DNA from: Minutocellus sp. GHC0000111
Lineage: Eukaryota
Assembly (NCBI GenBank): GCA_977018835.1
Contig: OZ361256.1
Span: 4,898,001-4,962,000 of the forward strand
DNA: 64,000 bases
Direction of reading: 5' to 3'
Part shown: positions 60,321 through 64,000 of the stretch, piece by piece
Numbering within the stretch: position 1 is the first letter of the stretch
How the letters are laid out: every line of letters begins with the position of its first letter
Made by a program: the position numbers and the translations under genes
The notes under the pieces: model-generated
What the model was told of the DNA's origin: nothing
Database searches by the model: none
The model's input: only the letters and a program-made list of their open reading frames with translations

Positions 60321-61979
60321 CTATAGTTCTGATGATATTCCCTCTTCCACGCCCTCTGGAGCATTTTCAGACGCCTTTGGAAGGGAATTGGATTGCAATA
60401 AAATTTCTGTGCCCTCTTCCATGTCTTGTGCTGCGACAATATCCAAAGATAGCGCAAAGGGGAAATCCTCGCTTGCCTTCGCAACACCCAATTCCCTTAC
60501 AAGATTATGCGACGGATTCCAGGATGACCAATTGTACGCGGCGTTTGGACATCCTTCACATTTGTCTCCTCTCTCCGACTCGACCGACGCATTCAGTTCT
60601 GTGTACCTAACAATTGCTCCGACCTTAGACAATGAACAAAGGAAAGATGACGAATCATCATCATCATCAATTTTGAAGCAAGCATGCTTGGCGCTTGTGC
60701 CCGCCTTTTCAACAGCAAGCAAAGGGATCGACATGATTATTTCGCCCTTTGTCGCATTTCGCTTTAATATTGCCCCCCTTCTTTCCTCATCAATGGATAT
60801 GCCAGCAATGGGCTTCGCACCATCAAAGCACTGTCCCTGACGATACACTTGGGGCATTGTGCGATTGTTCAGTACTGCTGCGTCGATGCCGAATGTCTTG
60901 GCCACTTCCAGCTTCGCCGACGTTTCTGGAAGGAGCAGAGAAGCCAAGTGATCAAAGCGAGCAACAATTTTTTGGATCAAACGCAACGACTTTTCATCAA
61001 CCTTTTCTGTATTGTCTCTCCGTTTCGGCTTTTTGTTTGGGCCCCGAGATCTCTGCGATCTCGCCGGCATAATTTTATCCTTGGAGGATGCCTCTGGAGA
61101 ATTCTTCTTTGTCAGATCATCCAATTCATTTGTCAGTATTTCTTGCGCAAGACGATAACTTTCACGAGTTGGAAGATGTTCGAATAAAGAAAAGTAGACC
61201 GATTCTGACGACGGCATGTCGACAAATAATTCTTCTCCTGGCCGAATGTTTCTGAGAGCAATATAATGCTGCTCGTTGGCCACAAACTGAACATTCGACG
61301 CCGTGGGATGAGGCTTAATTATCATTGCATGCTGCGGCATTTGGTACCTCTCACCATCTACACCGGCAGTAAGCTGAACACCAGCATCTACCACCACTTC
61401 TCCCTCTCGAATAGTTTTCCCTGCATACAATCCATATCCATATCCAGGTCCAGCTCCGAATCCCTCCAACAGCTTCAAATTTTCATCATCGACACCGACA
61501 CCAACACCAACAGGGATCGACGAATCGGCAACGTAGAGCTTGCACCGTTCCTCTTCCTCGGGCATATAATCCAGGTCCTTTATGATTTGTCCCATCCAAG
61601 TACTCCACTCACTGTACCCCGCTTTGATGCGCTGTCCGGGCCACATGCGCGCCTTGGAAGTGCCATCCTTGGCCTTTTCTAATCGCTTTTTGAGCGTTTC
61701 TTCATCAACATTGCCAACTCCTCCCAGGGAGAGGGACACCACGACCAGCCCAACGAGAAGCAGCGCAAATATTCCCAGATCCCGACCGAGGTTGGCCTCC
61801 ACCTTAATCTTTGTAGCCCGCTCACTTCGGAGGACAGTGCCAGGAACGAGCGGTTGGTGATGCGGTGCCGATGCCGATGCCGGCGGTCGGGTTTGGTCAG
61901 CCTCAGCATCTAGGGGCGATGGCGATGAATCACCATCATTTCCTGACGAATTGCTGCTCCCTTTCCTTTTCGAGGGCAT
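60321..61979 (-). CDS. Membrane-anchored protein with divergent tandem SET-like domains
   Basis: TM helix then CKLYVADSSIP...GYGLYAGKTIREGE, ALRNIRPGEELFVD, AAQDMEEGTEILL. Confidence 0.7.
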   Translation of the reverse strand: MPSKRKGSSNSSGNDGDSSPSPLDAEADQTRPPASASAPHHQPLVPGTVLRSERATKIKVEANLGRDLGIFALLLVGLVVVSLSLGGVGNVDEETLKKRLEKAKDGTSKARMWPGQRIKAGYSEWSTWMGQIIKDLDYMPEEEERCKLYVADSSIPVGVGVGVDDENLKLLEGFGAGPGYGYGLYAGKTIREGEVVVDAGVQLTAGVDGERYQMPQHAMIIKPHPTASNVQFVANEQHYIALRNIRPGEELFVDMPSSESVYFSLFEHLPTRESYRLAQEILTNELDDLTKKNSPEASSKDKIMPARSQRSRGPNKKPKRRDNTEKVDEKSLRLIQKIVARFDHLASLLLPETSAKLEVAKTFGIDAAVLNNRTMPQVYRQGQCFDGAKPIAGISIDEERRGAILKRNATKGEIIMSIPLLAVEKAGTSAKHACFKIDDDDDSSSFLCSLSKVGAIVRYTELNASVESERGDKCEGCPNAAYNWSSWNPSHNLVRELGVAKASEDFPFALSLDIVAAQDMEEGTEILLQSNSLPKASENAPEGVEEGISSEL

Positions 61980-62328
61980 AATTCACTTTGCAATTGCAAC
62001 TTGAGTTCAATCTATGCTAGCTATTATGCATCGCTGCCTTCCAAGCGACTTCCAAGCGAATCGAAGCTTTCAGAACGGACGGCGGACGAACTCATTGAAG
62101 CGCGCCATGCGCCATGATATGATCGAATGATGCGACGATGGCGGTGACGAAGACGAAAAACGCACTTCGACATTCGCCTGCAACTTGCGAAGACTTACCA
62201 CGAAATGAATATCCTTCAACCCAAACCCCTCACCTTTCCTTCACAATCTCTCATGGAATGAATCAAATCAATTACTAATTATTTTTCAGAGATTATGAAC
62301 CGTGATGACCGCTTCCCGTTAGCCAATC

Positions 62329-62423
62329 ACGCTGATAGCTCAGTTGGTAGAGCGGTGGACTGTAGAGGCGCCAACAGGCGAAAAGTTATCCATCGGTCGG
62401 AGGTTCGATTCCTCCTCAGCGGA
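62329..62423 (+). tRNA. tRNA-Tyr(GTA) with 22-nt intron (62366-62387); A1:G72 mismatch
   Basis: D arm GCTC/GAGC, anticodon stem GTGGA/TCCAT, CTGTAG loop, T arm GGAGG-TTCGATT-CCTCC, discriminator A, downstream T-run. Confidence 0.93.
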
Positions 62424-62680
62424 ATTTTGTGGCTCTTTCTTTTGTCTTCCTGCACATTCTTCATCAAGTATGATTTTTATGCACGGCTGCTCTTTTAGCG
62501 TGCCCGCCTTTGCGATACATGCTCTTCCCTTAGTTTTTAGCTAATAGGGTAGACTACAGATAAGCATAAAAACCAATCAGCGATTCCTCACGTAAAATTA
62601 GAACGTTCACTCTTTGCAATACGATGCATTGATAAAACCGATGTCACCTATTCCTCCAGCATGCTCTCGTCATTCTAGAT

Positions 62681-64000
62681 CTATCCTTCCTCGCCCAGCT
62701 CAATCGCATCCTCTTCCTCACTGGAAATATCGCTGCCGCTGGATCTACTGGAAGCTGCGGAGTCACTGCCGGCCGGCTTTGCACACTTTACTCGCGGCAC
62801 CCACTCATCCGCCAATGGAGTCGCAGCTTCTAAATCACCACTTTCCTCGGCATCGATAATACCTCGCAATGCTTTCATGCACGATTGATAGACACCAATG
62901 GCGCCACCGACAAGCTCCTTCTTCAATTTCATTTCCTCCACTCGACTAGGATCATCAATAAGCTTACGCATCTTGACGAATTCTCCCACCTGGCCAAATT
63001 TCAAGACGCTAATAGCCCTGCCCTCCTTGCCCGCTCGTGCGGTTCTACCACATCTGTGGACATAGGTTTTGGCGTATCGAGGGACATCATAATTGATGAC
63101 TGCACCGACGTTCGGTAGATCCATTCCTCTTGACATACCATCCGAGCAGATTATAACAGATACTCGATTCTGATCTTCGCCCGAGGAACCCACCGGAACA
63201 GCGCACCGTCTCATGAGCTTTGATCGTTGTTTTTGCGAAAGAGCACTCGAGAATTCTGCGATCGCAGTGGTAGGTCCATATCCGGCCGCACTCCACAGAA
63301 GCTGCAGCAGACGTGCCAGCCGATGGGTGGAATCCAGACTGGACGTAAAGACCACAACCATGTTGCCCAGTCCGTTTTTAGTTTGCCTCGCTTCAGATAT
63401 ATGTTGAAGCAAAAGCGCCATGAGAACCAGTGGCTTCTGTTCTGCAGTACAAACGAGCTTATGCTCCGATAAACTTGGAGGTACGGAATATCTCTGAGTA
63501 GAGGCATGCACGTGGTGGTCCATACCCATATCACCCCCACCCTTGGCCTCCATCCCAGCCTTGACATTCAAATGGTGAGCATCAAAATGCTTTGGATTGA
63601 CAAGTCCAAGAGAAGCAAGTTTCTGAGGATCACGAGTGAGTGTCGCCGAGAAGAGCATCTTCCGCAATGGGACTGGACGGCTGACTGATGCAGCTATCGA
63701 ATTAGACCGATCGTTGGTCATGCTTTTTCTCCAGGTAACGGGATCAAGGGCAAGGGAGACACCATTACGAACTGTGGCTTGATGAGTTGGATTCGTTTGG
63801 TGTCCAATGGTATTGGATGATGTGGCTGCAGTGGTTACACGATGGATCCAGCCCTGATAGGACTGGTTGAGAAGCCTATCAGCTTCGTCGATGACAAGGA
63901 AACGGAGATGCTGCAAGGTGAATCCAGGCGTCTTGTCCAAATGATCGATGAGCCGACCGGGCGTTGCAACGAGAATATCAACAGCACTGCGCCCGCCCAG
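62681..64000 (-). CDS. DDX51: DEAD-box helicase DDX51/Dbp6-like, 5' end outside the window
   Basis: [11 protein letters not shown]...[50 protein letters not shown]. Confidence 0.88.
   Translation of the reverse strand: MGGRSAVDILVATPGRLIDHLDKTPGFTLQHLRFLVIDEADRLLNQSYQGWIHRVTTAATSSNTIGHQTNPTHQATVRNGVSLALDPVTWRKSMTNDRSNSIAASVSRPVPLRKMLFSATLTRDPQKLASLGLVNPKHFDAHHLNVKAGMEAKGGGDMGMDHHVHASTQRYSVPPSLSEHKLVCTAEQKPLVLMALLLQHISEARQTKNGLGNMVVVFTSSLDSTHRLARLLQLLWSAAGYGPTTAIAEFSSALSQKQRSKLMRRCAVPVGSSGEDQNRVSVIICSDGMSRGMDLPNVGAVINYDVPRYAKTYVHRCGRTARAGKEGRAISVLKFGQVGEFVKMRKLIDDPSRVEEMKLKKELVGGAIGVYQSCMKALRGIIDAEESGDLEAATPLADEWVPRVKCAKPAGSDSAASSRSSGSDISSEEEDAIELGEEG

Overview
Eukaryotic, intron-containing nuclear DNA, most likely from a diatom or close stramenopile (bipartite plastid-targeting signals, CoDi-type copia element); the species cannot be named from sequence. 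It holds about 17 host genes: a COG0523/CobW metallochaperone, three DEAD-box helicases, a Tudor-LysM-PHD-CXXC chromatin protein, an ABC1 kinase, a GFA/CENP-V-like protein, trypsin, an AspH-type hydroxylase, a peroxisomal quinone reductase, INTS6, REV3/Pol zeta, a PPR protein, a membrane kinase, a SET-like protein and several unknowns. There is also an intron-containing tRNA-Tyr. Mobile DNA: a full-length Ty1/copia LTR element (29488-35738, TSD CTTCA), a 1.2-kb TIR element with AT TSD, a RAG1/Transib/Chapaev-like transposase relic, and a Tc1/mariner element whose two TA-flanked TIRs (517 and 17525) bracket 17 kb containing four host genes. Most notable: (i) the transposons show a both-strand TpA->TpG/CpA hypermutation signature, resembling RIP but acting on adenine; (ii) intergenic DNA contains clusters of TA-[palindrome]-TA motifs; (iii) the copia element has a Tudor-like domain after integrase, a UGA plus stem-loop gag-pol junction and a possible self-priming PBS; (iv) many host genes carry disabling lesions (decaying haplotype or assembly error). 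All calls are by eye; no searches were run.
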